NCBI GenBank assembly: GCA_964236955.1
Contig: CAXSGP010000029.1
Span: forward strand, 10,628 to 28,507
Length of the DNA: 17,880 nucleotides
Reading direction: 5' to 3'
Source: an uncultured Oligoflexus sp.
Lineage (GTDB): Bacteria; Bdellovibrionota_B; Oligoflexia; Oligoflexales; Oligoflexaceae
Both the position numbers and the translations under genes were made by a program. Position 1 is the stretch's first letter. Every line of letters starts with the position of its first letter. Shown here one piece after another: positions 16,595 to 17,880 of the stretch. The notes below the pieces were generated by a model, which was given only the letters and a program-made list of their open reading frames with translations, made no database searches and was not told the DNA's origin.

Positions 16595-17880
16595 GAGCGG
16601 TTGGCTCCGTTAGATGGGTCTTGGTTTCGAGATTCACCGATGGCCTGAGGGTCTTGACTTTTCCAACCGCAGCATTCAGAAAACTCCGTCGTTCTTCGTC
16701 GGCGCGTTCTAACTTTATCAATTCGCAATCGGCTTCGTACGCGGCACGGAGGGCCTGGACCTTACCCTCCATGGCCTGACGTTTTTGCTCAAGGATAAAC
16801 AGCTGCTGCTCGGACGCCTTCTGTTCCAGGCGGACCTGAGCTTCCCGTGCGGATCCCGTGAGAATTCCTTTCGGGCCGATGTAGACGTCGACGAGGGTGA
16901 TGCCTTGATCGCTCAGGCAAAATTCTCGGATTTGATTGGAATGATTCATACCCCGCGATTTGATGATCTGGACGCTGCGGTTGCGTTCGGCATTATGTTC
17001 CAGGGCACAGAGCTTCAGCCAGGAATCGATCAGCGAGGAAATACCTAAATCAGTATTTTCGAAATTGACGGCATCCATCGCCAGATTGATAAACATGGCC
17101 GTGACTTTCGTCGTCTTGAAATGATCGATTAAACGGGTCAGCATGTTTTTGACATCGGCGGTTGTGCCAACGTCAAGGAAAGCCGAAATCGGATCACAGA
17201 TGACCACCGACGGGTTGAAGATCCTAAGTTGATCATAGAGATTGATCAGATGCATTTCCAGGCCAAAACCGGTGGGTCTGGTCGCCGAGTGCTTGAACAG
17301 GCCCTGTTTGGCAAATGGCTCGAGATCGATGCCGATTGACATCATATTCCGATAGAATTGATCTTCCGACTCTTCAAAGCTGAAATAAAGGGCGCGCTCC
17401 CCGCGGGCGCAAGCAGCCTTGGCAAAATGGGCGGCTATGCTGGTTTTACCGGTGCCGGCCATTCCGGAAATTAAAATGGTGCTGCCACTATAGAATCCTT
17501 CGCCACCCAGCATCTCATCGAGCTGGGGCACGCCCGATGACACGCGCTCAAGGGAAGCGGCATGGCGAAGCCCAATCGAGGTGACCGGTAAAATCGAAAT
17601 CCCGGATTTGGTGATGAGAAAGGGGTACTCGTTGGATCCGTGTGTTGACCCTCGGTATTTCACCACTCTCAAGGCGCGGCGGGACAAGCCTTTGGTCACC
17701 CTATGGTCAAGCAGAGTCACGCTATCCGAAACGTACTCCTCCAGACCCTGCCTGGTAAACTGACCGTCGCCACGCTCGCCGGTAATGATGGCTGTGACGC
17801 CCTTATCCTTAAGCCATAGAAAGAGGCGTCGAAGTTCCGCGCGCAGCACCATGGGATTGGGCAGTCCGGCAAATAGCGAC
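16584..17880 (-). CDS. kaiC: Circadian clock protein KaiC (double-domain, KaiC2-like), 5' end outside the window
   Basis: Frame stays open upstream of 17852 to the window edge (SLFAGLPNPMVLRAELRRLF). End of CI (GLEEYVSD, VVKYRGSTHG), then CII: RVSSGVPQLDEMLGG, Walker A GMAGTGKT, FSFEES, ISSLID phosphosite region, IKSRGMNHSNQIREF, followed by a coiled-coil tail. Confidence 0.96.
   Translation of the reverse strand, partial: SLFAGLPNPMVLRAELRRLFLWLKDKGVTAIITGERGDGQFTRQGLEEYVSDSVTLLDHRVTKGLSRRALRVVKYRGSTHGSNEYPFLITKSGISILPVTSIGLRHAASLERVSSGVPQLDEMLGGEGFYSGSTILISGMAGTGKTSIAAHFAKAACARGERALYFSFEESEDQFYRNMMSIGIDLEPFAKQGLFKHSATRPTGFGLEMHLINLYDQLRIFNPSVVICDPISAFLDVGTTADVKNMLTRLIDHFKTTKVTAMFINLAMDAVNFENTDLGISSLIDSWLKLCALEHNAERNRSVQIIKSRGMNHSNQIREFCLSDQGITLVDVYIGPKGILTGSAREAQVRLEQKASEQQLFILEQKRQAMEGKVQALRAAYEADCELIKLERADEERRSFLNAAVGKVKTLRPSVNLETKTHLTEPTAHDK

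Overview
Gene-dense bacterial window of roughly 50% GC. The gene content suggests Bdellovibrionota/Oligoflexia (inference only). Left to right: the 5' end of an AMP-binding enzyme (-); two translationally coupled MacB/FtsX/LolCE-type ABC permeases (-) behind a sigma28-like promoter, with the ABC ATPase transcribed divergently (+); a minus-strand cluster in which a TIGR02147/DUF4423-like HTH protein lies between two paralogous beta-rich lipoproteins, followed by a small lipoprotein; a (CTAGGG)4 G-quadruplex-type repeat; an oleate hydratase (MCRA family) interrupted by one in-frame TGA at a conserved Gly position; two divergent sigma54 promoters around a palindrome; a secreted CXXCH cytochrome c/TPR-like protein; an NtrC-family sigma54 activator with a PAS histidine kinase; and a convergent kaiC (partial)-kaiB-hybrid histidine kinase operon. 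No RNA genes, CRISPR arrays or mobile elements were recognised. The strongest candidates for undescribed biology are the lipoprotein-TIGR02147-paralogous lipoprotein cassette and the apparently self-contained sigma54 regulon linking a putative redox-sensing kinase to the cytochrome c and oleate hydratase genes.
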